Source of the DNA: Hemiscyllium ocellatum
Taxonomy: Eukaryota
Direction: 5' to 3'
DNA length: 64,000 bases
Assembly: GCF_020745735.1 (NCBI RefSeq)
Contig: NC_083423.1
Location: forward strand, 32,426,001 to 32,490,000
This document shows positions 36,907 to 49,679 of this stretch, one piece after another (within the stretch, counting starts at the first letter, position 1; every line of letters starts with the position of its first letter). The position numbers and the translations under genes were made by a program. The notes below the pieces were generated by a model. The model saw nothing but the letters and a program-made list of their open reading frames with translations, had not been told where the DNA came from and did no database searches.

Positions 36907-39900
36907 ATTGTAGTGTGACATGAACCCAATTTCCGGTTGAGGCCATCCTCATGGGTACTGAACTTGGCTATCAGCCTCTGCTCGGCCACTTTGCATTGTT
37001 GCCTATTCCCAAAGTCCGCCTTGGAGAATGGTCACTCAAAGATCCAAGGCTGAATGTCCCCAACTGCTGAAGTGTTCCCTGACTGGGAGGGAACACCACT
37101 GACTAGTGATTGTTGTGTGGTGTCCATTCTTCTGTGGTTGTAGCATCTGCTCAGTCTTGCCAGTGTACCATGTGTCGGGGCATCCTTACCTGTAGCGTAT
37201 GAGATAGATAATATTGGTCGGGTCAATGGGTACCTACCGCGTACATGGTGGGTGGTGTTCTCAAGGGTAATGGTGGTATCTATGTAGACACTCTGACACA
37301 CATTGCAGTTACCATGATAGGGTTGTTTGGTGTTGTAGTTGATGTTGTCCTGAAGGCTAAACAGTTTTCTGAGAACAATGGCCTGTTTAAGGTTTGGCAG
37401 TTGTTTAAAGGTGAGAATTGAAGATGTAGGGAAGATCTTGGCGAGGTGCTCATCCTCATTGATAATATGTCACAGGCTGCAAAGAACATGGCATAGTTTT
37501 TCAGCTCTCAGGAAGTACTGGGCAATGAAGGTACCCTATCAGTCATACTCAGTGTTTGTCTCTTGAGGAGATCATTACGGTTTCTCAGTGTGGCACGTCG
37601 GAGCTGACGATCAATGAGTTGAGCATCATACCCTGTTCGTATGAGGGATTCCTTGAGCACCTTCAGGTGTCCGTCATGTTTCTCCTCATCTGAACAGATC
37701 CTGTGTATGGGGCTTGTCCACAGAGAATGGCTGTTTTAATATGTTTAGAGTGGAAGTTAGAGAAGTGCAGCGTCATGAGGTTAGCCATGGTTTGCAGTAG
37801 AGCGAAGTACTGAGGTGCCCATCCTTGATGAAGATGCATTCGTCCAAGAATGAGACAGATACTAAAGAGTAGTTCAATGTAAATCTGATGGTGGGATGAA
37901 ACTTGTTGATATCACCGTGTAGTTTTTCAGTGACTCCGCGCCATGGGTCCAGAGGAAGAAAATGTCATTAATATATCTGGTATCTCATGCTGGTTGGAGG
38001 TCGTGTGCAGCAAAGAAGTCTTGTGCAAACTTGTGCATAAAAATATTGGCAAATTGGGGTGCAAATTTGGTCGCCCATGGCTGTTCCATGTGCCTAGATG
38101 AAGAACTGGTTGTCAAAGGTGAAAATGTTGTGGTGGATGATGAAGCAGATGAATTGTAGCACGGTGTTGGAGATTGGCAGTTGTTGGCACTGAGTACTGA
38201 GGCTGTTACAGTAACACTGCCATCGTAGGGAATGCTGATGTAGAGTGTCGAAACGCCCATTGTGACAAGGAATGTTCCCGGTTTGACTGGTCAGTGGGTG
38301 CTGAGTTTCTGTATGAAATCTGTAGTGTTGTGACAGAAGCTGGGGGTTGCTTGTACAATGGGTTTCAAGATGCCGCCTACATAGCCAGTGAGGTTCTTAC
38401 ACAGGATCCCATTGCCCTATAGGATGGAACTTCCGGGTGTGTTGGCTTGATGTATCTTCAGAAGGCAGTAGAAGTCCCCTACATGAGAAATACATGGGAT
38501 GAGAGTGTGTAGGGAACTTTAAAGGTGTGGATCAAAAGTCTTGATCAATGTGTTTAGTTCATGGGTATTCTATGGTCAGATCGGCCGGTAGTTGCCTGTA
38601 GTGTTCCTGGTTGTTATGTTGTTGGTGCACTTCCTTGCAGTAGTTCATTCTATTCTGAATGCCGATGGCTCCTCCTTTATCTGCTGGTTTGATGACAATG
38701 TTTGTTTGAGAGCATGGATGGCATTGCATTGTCATTGGGTAATGTTTTACTCTACCTTGCAGGTATGGCTGATGAATCTGGCATTTATATATTTCCTGAC
38801 GGTTTGAGCATACATGTCAAGCTCAGGGCAGCGGCCCTCCGGTGGGATGCAAATCGACTCCTTCTTTGTTCGCTCCTCCAAGGATCTCTCTGATGACTGT
38901 TCCAGATCGTCGGTTGGCTCATTGGGAACGCTGCTGACATTTTGGAAGAATTCCTCCGTATCTGCCGCTAGACTGATGAGGTCCAGTTTGGTGAGTTTGG
39001 GGTAGTGGGGGGGGGTTTGGGGGGGGGATAGAGCACAAATTAAGCACTCGGCTGAGAACTTCAATCTTTCTCGTTGAAAGGTGTGTTCTGATAAGTTGAC
39101 GATCAATTTCCCTGTGGTGATAACGTTCAGATAACTTTCAGGTTTTAAATGAGCAAAGGCTGCAACATTTAAGCATTCTCACCATAGTATTACAGATGCC
39201 AATTTGAAATTGTAGTCATGGTATGTGATATGATTCACTGATACAGCATAGCAGGGTACCTAGCTGTCTCCCATGTCAGTTGCTGTTGAAAGTAAATGGT
39301 GGAAGTGCTATTTGCTTTTTAAATATTGCTAGCTTCACAAAGCAATGCAAATGAAGTCTTTGAAGGAGCTCTCTACGGGGGACCCCCTACTGAAACATGA
39401 TATTATATCTACTGATTGCCTCTATGATTCTTTGATGTGTAATCACGGCAGTCCCATCTAGTTAGCATAAATATGTCAACTGCTACTCATCATTTTTTTT
39501 TAAATGATTGCCTCTAGGGTTAATGAGAGACACTAAAATTAATCTTTACTGCGTGGCTCATTTGTTGTAGAATTCCTGTTCATGCCATTTTTTTTTCATG
39601 TCTGACTTATACCAGGGATGTTTCAACCCATTGCTGGTGTACAAACGCTGCTAAGGCAGGGCTATATGAAGCGAGAAACAGAGAATTGGTTTCTCACTTG
39701 AGAAATGCAGAACCTATGCAGATTCTAAGCCTTAACCTGCAAACATTATTCTACTAGTTTTATTTTACAAGTTTTATTTTACTAGCATGCTGATGGGCCA
39801 CTGGAGCACCAATAGAAAAGGAAAGGATTTTACATTTATGTCATGCTCTCAGGTCCTTTCAAAGTACCTGATGACTAATGGGTTGCTTTTAAAAATTCAA

Positions 39901-40021
39901 AGTGCTCTTCTCTAAGCAATGAGGCAGTCAACATGAATTTAGCATGTTATCACAAAACTCCTCATTGGTAAATGATCATATAATCTATTTCATTGCTGAT
40001 AATGCTTAAAAGAAGAAAGCA

Positions 40022-40786
40022 GTCATAGAGACATAGAGTCATAGAGATGTACAGCATGGAAACTGACCATTTGGTCCAACTTATCCATGCCGACCAGATA
40101 TCCCAACCTAATCTAGCCAACACTTGGCCCATATCACTCTAAATCCTTCCTTTTCATATACCCATCCAGATGCCTTTTAAATGTTGCAATTTTACTAGCC
40201 TTCACCACTTCCTCTGGCAGCTCATTCCATACACACACCACCCTCTGCATGAAAAAGGTCCTTTTTATATCTTTCCCTTCTCACCCTAAACCTATGTCCT
40301 CTAGTTCTGGACTCCCCCACCCCAGGGACAAGATTTTTTCCATTTATCCCATTCATGCCCCTCTTGATTTTATAAACCTCTATGAGGTGACCCCTCAGCC
40401 TTCGATGGTCTCGGGAAAACAGCCCCAGCCCATTCACCCTCTCCCTATAGCTCAAATTCAGTGGCAGATGGAGTTTAATTTCGATAAACGTGAGGTGCTG
40501 CATTTTGGAAAAAACAAATCTTAGCAGAACTTCATCATTTAATGATGAGGGCCTAGGGAGTGTTGCTGAACAAAGAGACCTTGGAGTGCAAGTTCTTAGC
40601 TCCTTGAAAGTAGAGTTGCAGGTAGATAGGATAGTGAAGAAGTTTGGTATGCTTTCCTTTATTAGTCAGAACATTGAGTGTAGGAGTTGGGAGGTCATGT
40701 TGTGCCTGTACAGGATATTGGTTAGGCCAATTTTGTGTTCAGTTCTGGTCTCCTTCCTATTAGAAGGATGTTGTAAAACTTGAAAG
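40022..40786 (-). mobile_element. CR1 insertion with inverted 5' segment (40022-40457 minus, about 40459-40786 plus)
   Basis: Both parts match the 11-15.5 kb CR1. Candidate TSD aagaaagca (40013-40021) / aagaaatca (40784-40792). Confidence 0.85.
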
Positions 40787-40868
40787 AAATCACAATTGTG
40801 TAGTATACAGTAATGGTTCTGAAAGAGTTAACGTTAAAGAGTGCCTTTGTCACTGTCTAAACTAATGG

Positions 40869-40960
40869 CCATGACATGGAGGTGCTGGTGTTGGGCTTGG
40901 GTGGACAAAGTTAAAAATCACACAACACCAGTTTATTGTCCAACAAGTTTATTTGGATGT
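40869..40960 (-). mobile_element. Penelope family B terminal fragment
   Basis: ggacaaagttaaaaatcacacaacacc; TSD aactaatgg at 40860-40868 and 40961-40969. Confidence 0.82.
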
Positions 40961-40970
40961 AACTAATGGT

Positions 40971-41560
40971 TCTGGATGTAGGTTTGCTCGCTGAGCTGGA
41001 CAATTCGTTTTCAGACTGCCATACAGTCATAGAGTCAAAATACCTTGCAAGAACTGTAACAAACACTACATTGGACAAACAAACAGAAAACTAGCTACCA
41101 GGATTGCATGAACATCAACTGGCCACAAAAAGACATGTCCCACTCCCACTCATATCCTTACATACAGATGAGGAAGGACACCACTTCAACTGGGACAACA
41201 CATCCATCCTAGGACAAGCCAAACAGAGACACGCATGAGAATTCCTAGAAGCATGATATTCCAACCAGAACTCTATCAACAAACATGTTGACTTGGAACC
41301 CATTTACCACCCCCGGAAAAAGAACAGAAAATGGCATCACCATAGGAGATGATACCACCACAGGAGACGACATCACCAACCTTAGGAAACTCAAACACAT
41401 AAATAGAAAGTGGGCTACACCACCAGTGCTTCAATCAGAGGCTACTGAAGATGTTACCTAGTAGGGTGACAAAAGTCTGAAAACAAACCTTCCAGCTCAG
41501 CGAGCAAACCTATATCCAGGCTCAATTTGAGTCACAAATCCTCTCAAAACTCATTGGCAC
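40971..41560 (+). mobile_element. Penelope family D 3' fragment with an inverted terminal-repeat piece at its 5' end
   Basis: GIY-YIG YIGQT.RKLA.R..EHQ. 40972-41017 is the inverse of 41476-41519. Degenerate hammerhead ctgaaga-t-gttacc..ggtgac-aaaa-gtc. Confidence 0.85.
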
Positions 41561-41883
41561 CTAATGGTGTTACACAGTCATGGGTCGAGATCTAGAGAGT
41601 CTAATATAAGGTCCCAATGGAGACAAACATTCTGTCAAAGTCTCATAACAGTCTTTATACTTGTGTCTAAACATTTAATTTAACCTTTGCCTACTCTTAT
41701 ACAATAAACTACATCTTGTGGTGAAAATAAGTATGTCTTCTCATTAAGACTCAATAACATTAGTCATCTTCGACTGTTCATTAAATACTCTAAGACTCAG
41801 CAATAGAAAGAAAGAGTAGCATGGTTACTCTACCCCAACCACATGCTGCCAGTGGTTATTACTGCAACATATGAAATGGTAAT

Positions 41884-41895
41884 TGGTGTTAGAAG
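41884..41895 (+). promoter_or_regulatory. Primer-binding site (tRNA-Leu-like)
   Basis: tggtgttagaag matches TGGTGTCAGAAG, the complement of a tRNA-Leu 3' end, at 11 of 12 positions, directly after the LTR. Confidence 0.55.
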
Positions 41896-43149
41896 CATTG
41901 CATAAATGTGTCAAAGGTAACTGGTGAAGGAGTGCATTCAGTCCAACAAGAAAATAACTCAGAAACAAAGTGTGCTTATTACTTTAAGAAGGTTACAACT
42001 TTAAGAACATCCACACAGCCAGTCAGCAGCTGAAAGCACATAAAATGGATAAGCAGTCAGCAGCATCCCAAAAGAAAACCTTCATCTCAAATTTGACGAC
42101 AGGTGCAGAACAAATCGTGTGAGCTGTGAAGAGAATAAAAAAGAGGCATACTGGGAAGTTACCCTGTGAGATCACTTTGAAGTTTTGCGAGTAAAGTTAG
42201 AAAATGCCATGAGGAAGAAAGAAAAGCTTTGAAATGATGATACAAACAGCAGACTGCGAAGTGTCGAAGTCAAGTGGAAAGTTACTGTCAAAATGAGTAT
42301 CATCACCATGGCAAGCGAGTTCCACAAGGCAAGGTTACAGCAGGTAAAAACCACAATGTTACTTTATGCCAAAGGTGCAGTATAAGAAAAGCTGTTGTGT
42401 ACATTTAAGATAACTAAAGGGAAATTTAGAAAAAATTGAAGACATAACCTAATGGAAGAAAACAGAAGTATTTTAGGATTATGATAACAATGGGACATTC
42501 ATAATTTAAACTGTGATTTGGGGAAGATTTTTTAAGGCTGAAGCAACAGAATCTGGTCTAAAACATAGTGCAGGAGGATGTGCACTGTCTTTTAGAGCAC
42601 AAAGGACAGAAAAAATACAGTGCATGCATCAAAGTGGGAAACCTCCATCTTGTCTGGAGAAGGCAAGACAAAGCTCCAGAATGTGAGAACTGTATTAATT
42701 GTGAGTAATGATGCTTAGCTATGCCACACCTTTAAAACTATAAGCCACTCCAGAAGATGTGCCGAAGTAGGATACAGTTTGAGAGCAGCAAAAGTGATCA
42801 AGGTTGTGCAGGGAAAAGAGCTCAAAGTGCACTCGTAACTGGAATATATATGAGAAGTATTTCTGGGCAAAAAGTGATGATTCAAACAACCTGGGTTTGA
42901 CTGAAAATTATTCATGCCAATGCCCATTCATGTCAATGGGCAATTCATGTCATTAATTTTAGGTTTGATACAGGGTTGAGTGCCATTATGCTATCAGATA
43001 AAACAACATGCTAAGGAAAGAGAATTGCAGCCTTCAGAGATGAAGTTATATGGTGTATGAGGCAAACTTCCAATGATAAAAAGTTATTTTATAAGTAACA
43101 CTGTAACTTAAATGGTGTCACAACGTAAAGAATGCACATTTAGCTCATC

Positions 43150-43742
43150 GGGATGGGACCATTTGCCACAGGAGATTTGCCGCTGAAGCTTAGCCACCGC
43201 CCATTGGCCACTGAAGACAATTCGACACCGAACATAAGTAGTATATTTTGAATATTGGTGGTAGTGTTTACTTGCTTTAATAACCATTTATTTTTGTTAA
43301 TAGAATTTTTTTATTTAACGACATTTAAAATGTTAGAGAACAAGCATATCTAAACTATATAAAATTGTTGTTATATTTGTTAAGCTAGTGTTTGCATTGT
43401 TTCAGTAACAACTTATTTTCATTACAGTAGAGTTTTTTTTAAGCTTGTATTTTTAAAATATATTTCCTTTTTCTGGTTAAAATTTGTAACTTATTTTTAT
43501 ATATAAACCAATAAAATGATATTTATTTTACCTCTCTTTTTATCAATATGTAGTATGTAGTTGTATAAATAAAGGGGACTGAGAAGTATGAAAGAACAGG
43601 CGGGAGGGAACACAATCAGTACATATATATATTTTTTTTTTCCCAGTGGCGAATAGTCTCCAGAGGCCAAACAACTCCAGTGGAGAAATGCTGGTGGAGA
43701 ACTGGCAGTGGCTAATCATCGGCGGCGAATCGTCACCAACCC
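43150..43742. mobile_element. Non-autonomous DNA transposon (MULE-like) inserted in Gypsy pol
   Basis: TSD tagctcat at 43141-43148 and 43743-43750 (9 bp with one mismatch), GGG...CCC termini, imperfect TIRs with subterminal gcc(a/g)c repeats, AT-rich interior. Confidence 0.75.
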
Positions 43743-44030
43743 TAGCTCATAAACCTCTTGCTTGAGTAAAAAGGCAAGTTTTGCCCTTCACCATTTTCAA
43801 AAGAGTAAAGATTTAGAATAGTACAGAAGTTTCTTGGAGAAGAAATACCCTGAATCGTTCACATGGTAAGGCAAACTCAGTACTGAATACAGATTCATGG
43901 ACACTAAGTCATTATATCTCACACACTTTGGAACATCCCACTTTCCTTTATTAAACAAGTCCAGAAGCAACTTAAGCAATTGACGGGTGATATTTCTTTG
44001 GTGATGTAACCAACTAAATAGCATGACCCT

Positions 44031-44268
44031 TTACAAAAATAGAAATTGCTAGAAAAACTCAGCAGGTCTGACAGCATTTGAGGAGAGAAATCAGAGTTAG
44101 TGTTTCGAGTTGAGTGTATTCTATGAATTATGTTCTGAGGAAGAATCACATGACCCAAATGTTAACTCTGATTTCTCTCCACAGATACTGCCAGACATGC
44201 TGAGTTTTTCCAGTAAATTCTATTTTTGTCTCTGATTTACAGCTTCCGCAGTTCTTTCAGTTTGTAGT
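44031..44268. mobile_element. Penelope fold-back hairpin (family C) inserted in the Gypsy RT
   Basis: Inverted arms; atgaccct duplicated at 44023-44030 and 44271-44278. Confidence 0.8.
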
Positions 44269-46064
44269 GTATGACCCTAGTTACTTTACCCAAACCCAAT
44301 GGGTCCATTAGAATTTGTGTTGACCTAATAGTTCTTAACAAGGCAGTAGAGAGAAATATCTGTTCTACATTCTCAGTTGGTGGGAGTTTAAGTAAATTGT
44401 CTGAAGAAGTTTTCACTAACCTTGACGTTAACTCTGCGTCCTGGTAGGTAGCATTAGATGAGCAATCAAGACTTACTATATTCATTATCTCAACCAGAGA
44501 TTTTGCTTCAACAAGCTTCTATTTGGGATCACATCTGCCCCTGAAATTTTTCAATGGAATATGTCCAATGTTTTCCAAGATTTAGAAGATAAATTACACA
44601 ATAAGTATGACATATATTGTTACTGTGAAGATACTCAATGATCACAACCAGACGTTTACGCAGCTTTATTACAGCTATAGGCCAAGGAGTCTACCCTTTA
44701 AGAAAAGTGTGAATTTTCCAAGGATCTCAGTTCTTGAGAGTTTATTGAAAAGAATGAAATAAGGCCTAATCCAAAAAAAAAGCAAGGATGTTAAGGAGTT
44801 TCCTACTCTCAAATCTGTGCATGACCCGTAAAGTTTTCTAGGCATTGTAAACCAATTGGCGACATTTTTGCCTCACTTAACCGACAATGTCTGAATTGAA
44901 GGTCAAACTTGACACAATGGTTAATGCAGATCTAAGGATGGTGTTGGAATTTGCATCAGGAAAATGCTTTCCAAAAAATCAAAGGCATGTTGACATCACA
45001 GATGACCTGGCCACTGCAATGTATCTTTTCCAACCATTCTATCTGTGGATGCTTCAGCCTCAACCTTCAGGGGAATGTTCTTTCAGAAGCAACCAGCAGG
45101 TGATTGAAACTAGTATATTACACATTCAGAACATTATGAGACAGCTTACAAAATTACAGAAAAGTATCTCTCTCAGATATGGACATGTGAGAGATTTATA
45201 TCCTGTTCTTCATAGTTGATAGATGTAAAAAAGTTAAACACCATCATCTCAGAACAGTAGTTAAGGTCTTGCATCATATATTGGCCACACACGTGGGTCT
45301 TAATTTGATTGTGTCCAACAATGGATTACACAGTTTTACTAACGTGCCTTTAGCCATTTTCAGCCACTTTTGGATTTGAAGATGTAATCAGCTTGCCAAC
45401 ATATTCACAGGCAAATGGAAAAACTGAGTGTGGGGTCCAGATGTTTCAATCCCTTTTGAAGAAAAATGCTGACTTTGACAGAGTGTTGTTGAATTACCAA
45501 TATTCCCCACTGCAGTGTGGTCTATTACCATCAAAATCAAAAAACTGAAGACTCAACTCTATCCAACCTAAGAGATTGACTCCACAGGTGAATCAATAAG
45601 TAAGAAGATGCAATGTTCACAGGAACAGCTGGTTACTCACCATAATAGTTGTCATTTACACAATGGTTCCCTCACTTGTGACAGGAATCAACAGGAACAT
45701 TTGTCTAAGAGTTGGTAGATCAGCAATATTTGTATATTGCCCTTTCAGCTGAAGGAATCACAGGAATGTTGTCTCGTTGCCAAGCAATCATCCACTCACG
45801 TTTGATTGGAGTGAATTGAATTGGGGGATGGGTTTGCATGCGTATGTGTGTGTGGAGGGGTGAGGGGGAATGTGGAGAAGGAGAAGGAAGAACAAAGTGG
45901 AGGTGAGAAATAGCGGAATAGTAAATATAGAAGCAGTCATACATTTGATTGTATAAATTATAACTATAGAAAAAAATACTTAAGGTAAACATTGTATAAG
46001 ATAGGTTCTGAAAGAGTTAATATTGGAGATTGCGTTAGATGCCACAGTTTTTTTATTTCCTGAT

Positions 46065-46217
46065 TTGGACCAAACTCACCAACTTTGCAGGAGATGCAGT
46101 AGTTAACATTATCCCCATTAACTGTTTCCTCTTCATAAATGCTGCCTGACGTACTGAGCATTTCCAGAATTTCCCGCTTTTATTTCCAGTTTCAAGCATC
46201 CTTGATAACTTGGTTTT
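46065..46217. mobile_element. Degraded Penelope family C terminal repeat or hairpin
   Basis: ttaactgtttc.tct..a.a.atgctgcctgac.tactgagcatttccag. Confidence 0.55.
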
Positions 46218-46859
46218 ATACTATGATAAATGTGGTTATACTTGCAATGGAAAGATTTTATAACTTTTATCCTTGTTAAGTGTACCAATCAACAATAAAG
46301 CTAATTTCACAGCTAACAAATTTTTAATTATTGAACAACTCATACTAACCTCAATCATTTCACTCAACATACGCATAATTTCTAACCGATTTCATAACAT
46401 TCAACATTTATAATTTTCCCTCAGGCTGCTGAGGTTCCTTCTCTTTACCTTATTTTAAATGTGCGTAGTTCACAAGGAAAGAAAAATTCATAATGACAGT
46501 GTACAATACTTGCTGAAACTCAGGTACAGCTTTGTCATTCATCTTAATACTTATTTTTAAATTCTAAAGATTTCCAACGAAAGTTCAGCTCAAATCTTTA
46601 ATAGATGAGCTAGAACATAAGATGTAAGTGGCTAAAGCATGCTTGCAGCACAAAACCTCTCATAATGAGGGACTATTTTCACATTAGTTCTGTTCTTAAT
46701 TCTTGCAGTCAAACACTACATGTACAAATATGCTACTTCAGTGTTGTTTCCTGAATCTCCATTCTCTAGTTCCTTTGCCACCGTTGAATTTTATGGTTTC
46801 ACTATTACTGTGAGAAGCAATACCTACACCTGAAGAACTTCACATTCAGTAATGAGTCA

Positions 46860-47340
46860 TAAACGCCATGTCAGGAAAAAAATTCAGACTTGGTGGGGCT
46901 GCTGATGGAACTTGTATGGAATGTTCCACAAAACTGGGATGCTTAATTTTCAACTTCCATGATTTGGATTTGGGAGCAGAAAGCATATCAGTCAAATTTG
47001 CAAGCAACATCAAAATGGGAGAGGCAGTGTACATAGCTTCAGGGACAACAAAGATTGACAAGTTTTAGTGGTTCCTAATTGAATGAATGTGAACATGTGT
47101 AAAGTATTACTTTAGATGAAAACCATAGATACTTAGTGAATGGTGTACAATGAAACTGAGATTAAATTCAAAGAGATTTCAGTGTTTTCGTGAACTTGAT
47201 GCTCAATATATCGTTAAAGCAATGAAGTTAATAAAATGCAGAACAATAAAGCCAAAAACTGAAGAACAATTGTTAGGTGGGGGGGTCAGACTGAAACCCA
47301 TCAAATCACATATTGAGCACTGTGACCAATTCTAGCTATC
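46860..47340 (+). mobile_element. Very old CR1 RT remnant
   Basis: DLDLGAES.SVKFASNIKMG (degenerate KFADDTK.G). Confidence 0.55.
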
Positions 47341-49084
47341 AAGTGATAACTGCATAATTATCATGACTAAAGTGATAATTTAATCTTATGTACACACTGA
47401 ACAGAGATCAAATGTAGTACCTGCAGTATGATTATATTGAATTGTTGATAGAAGGTAATCTACGCCATTATTAGTAAACAATAATGCTATTTATTCAGTA
47501 TTACTATATACAGGAGACAGTAGAACAGGACATTCTGAAATCCTCTTGGCTTGGTTCTCAGATCCATATAATCTGATGTCATTATATTTGTATGGCATAA
47601 TGATTCTAAAGGGGTTCATGTTCATGTTACACTGGTTCCACCCATATGGTTGAGGTCACACACAGTCTGTGGGTGGAAATGGATGGAGAAGATATATCTG
47701 TTCAAATTCCTGAAGGTCCTAATAATTTTTCCTTCACCAAGTGCTACTGTACATATCACTATCATGAAATACACATTCTTATTATCCTAAAACAATGCTT
47801 CTTCTGTAAACTACCACAACCTTTATACAGTATGACATATTGAAAGAGGTGGCAAATATCATGGGTACCAGGAGTGGATACCTGGGAAAATATCAGAATG
47901 AAAATTGACCCCCATGAAGCCTCAGCTTTGAGTAAAAGTATAACGAAGCCTTCTCTCCATAGTAGCCATCATTCACTTTTCTTTGGTGCATTGAGCAATG
48001 ACTGCTTCATCTCAAAAGATCAGAATCCAGATTATTGTCCATATTCTGGCTTCAGTGAAGTAAAGGATTGACAGGAATTTTATGGCAAAAATTATCCCCT
48101 TGGATTGTAATAGTGTAGTTCCATTCAACAGCTACTTGCAAGATTATCCTGGCAAGGGGAAGTTTGACCTGAACTTCACATTGAATAAGTTGTACAATCG
48201 TCTCTGGGGTATCCGCTATAAAAGGAAAAATGTAATGCTGAACATCTTCACTTTGAAGCCTCGAGAGGCTCTTAGACCCTTGGAGACAAATCTGGGAGGA
48301 TGCCCAAAGAAACAAAATGTTTAGTGGTTTGAGCTTTGCCCTTTAAGTAATAAAATGTGTTGAATTGAAATACATGTCATTTTATAAACTACAAAATCTG
48401 ACAACACTAAAAGAATCTAACAATTCTAATACAGCCTTAAAACAGGAGAGAAGTGTAAAATGCGGGCTGACCAAAATAAATTTAAAGCATCCTTGTGATT
48501 TTGATGACATTTCTTGTTGTACCCAAGGGCACAGTTTACAGAGGAAGCAATTTAAAATGACTGAAAGGCACTGTAAGAGTTAAAAGTTTATTTGGGAAAG
48601 TGTGAAGGTAGGAATTTACGTTTCTCACACCTGATGCATTTAATAATTTCTGGAGCATACTATGATTCTGAGGATGAATATTAAATTTGTTTTTTAAGTA
48701 AGTATTCATGTGAGTCAAAAGAGTTTATTTTTCAAGAGCCCTTCTTGAAACACACGGTATGCATCTTTTTCTTTTGACTAAGGGTCAGTTTTATTGGGTT
48801 TTCTCAAGCTTTTCTTGATGAGAAGACAAGTGAGATTGTTCACTGCATCTTACCAAATATGACTCATTAACTAGCTACCCCACCATATGGCAATTGACGT
48901 GCCAGATTCTAGCCCCATCTTACCATGGGCTGTTCCCAGAAAATACACCACTGCATGGATATCCCAGAATGGCCCCACATTGATGACACTGGTGGAATAT
49001 TTGAAAGGTCAATGAGCACCCAGCAAGCCTTGCCAGTCTGGAGTTGCCCTACATGGATCTTGGCATTTGCCCTGGCCAGAAATT

Positions 49085-49650
49085 TGATTCCCCACTTTGT
49101 GGCCTGGGACCTGGAGATCTTACTGCATCGTACCTTCCAAGGCAATCAATGGAGGCCGTGCCAACCTATTCTGATGTTGCTGCGCGGGGGCTAGAGGGAT
49201 ACAGTTTCAGCTATCTGGAGGAAGGCCCAGCACTGTACAAAGAAGGTAAATGATCTTGTCCACTCCACCAGCTTAGGTGGCACTATCTTCTCTCCAGTAC
49301 CTCAACCTATCTCTGCTACTATACCCACCTCCCACCAAGGCTCATGCTCTCACGTTCTCGCTATTGCTGCAACACCTTGCCTCACTCACCCTCACCTAGC
49401 CCAAACCTTGACACCACTAACCTGACATGCCTCTGCACTGCCTACTCAATCTCTCAGGACTCTTTCCCAGCTACACTAAAGGTAAAAGCTGTTCTACCAA
49501 CTTTCATTTCCCTTAATGTTTTACCTGTTCTCCATCCAGGAGGAAAACAGTCCAAAGTAGGGTAAAAAGTCAAAATAAGGTGGTGTGCTGCCTGATATTG
49601 GAGTGCTCACCACTTATGAAGAGAGAATTGTACCTCTGTTTGCCCTGAGC
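49085..49650 (+). mobile_element. Harbinger accessory Myb/SANT-like gene remnant with an intron
   Basis: PHFVAWDLEILL (49090), VSAIWRKAQHCTKKVNDL (49204), acceptor ttctccatccag|49540, GGVLPDIGVLTTYEER. Confidence 0.6.
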
Positions 49651-49679
49651 AACTGACTGATGATTTCCATAAAATAATA

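Larger units (their letters stand above)
36030..39120 (-). mobile_element. Near full-length Penelope-like element (family B), disrupted
   Basis: IVNLS.H N-terminus; TMGVSTLYISIP; KFAPQFANIFM; RYINDIF; GIY-YIG-like NIIYLI; tail ggacaaagttaaaaatcacacaaca. Confidence 0.9.
41568..45680 (+). mobile_element. Decayed Gypsy LTR retrotransposon (5' LTR 41568 to about 41880, gag-pol; no 3' LTR seen)
   Basis: PBS-like tggtgttagaag at 41884. Protease F.FDTG near 42958; RT PKPNGSIRICVDL..LNKAV; FLGIVNQL..F.P.L; integrase VSNNG, YSQANG.TE.GV. Confidence 0.82.

Noticed and set aside
47500-48330. Cluster of short ORFs in unique-looking sequence
   Set aside because: No consistent acceptor-donor pair with an open frame and no recognisable domain.
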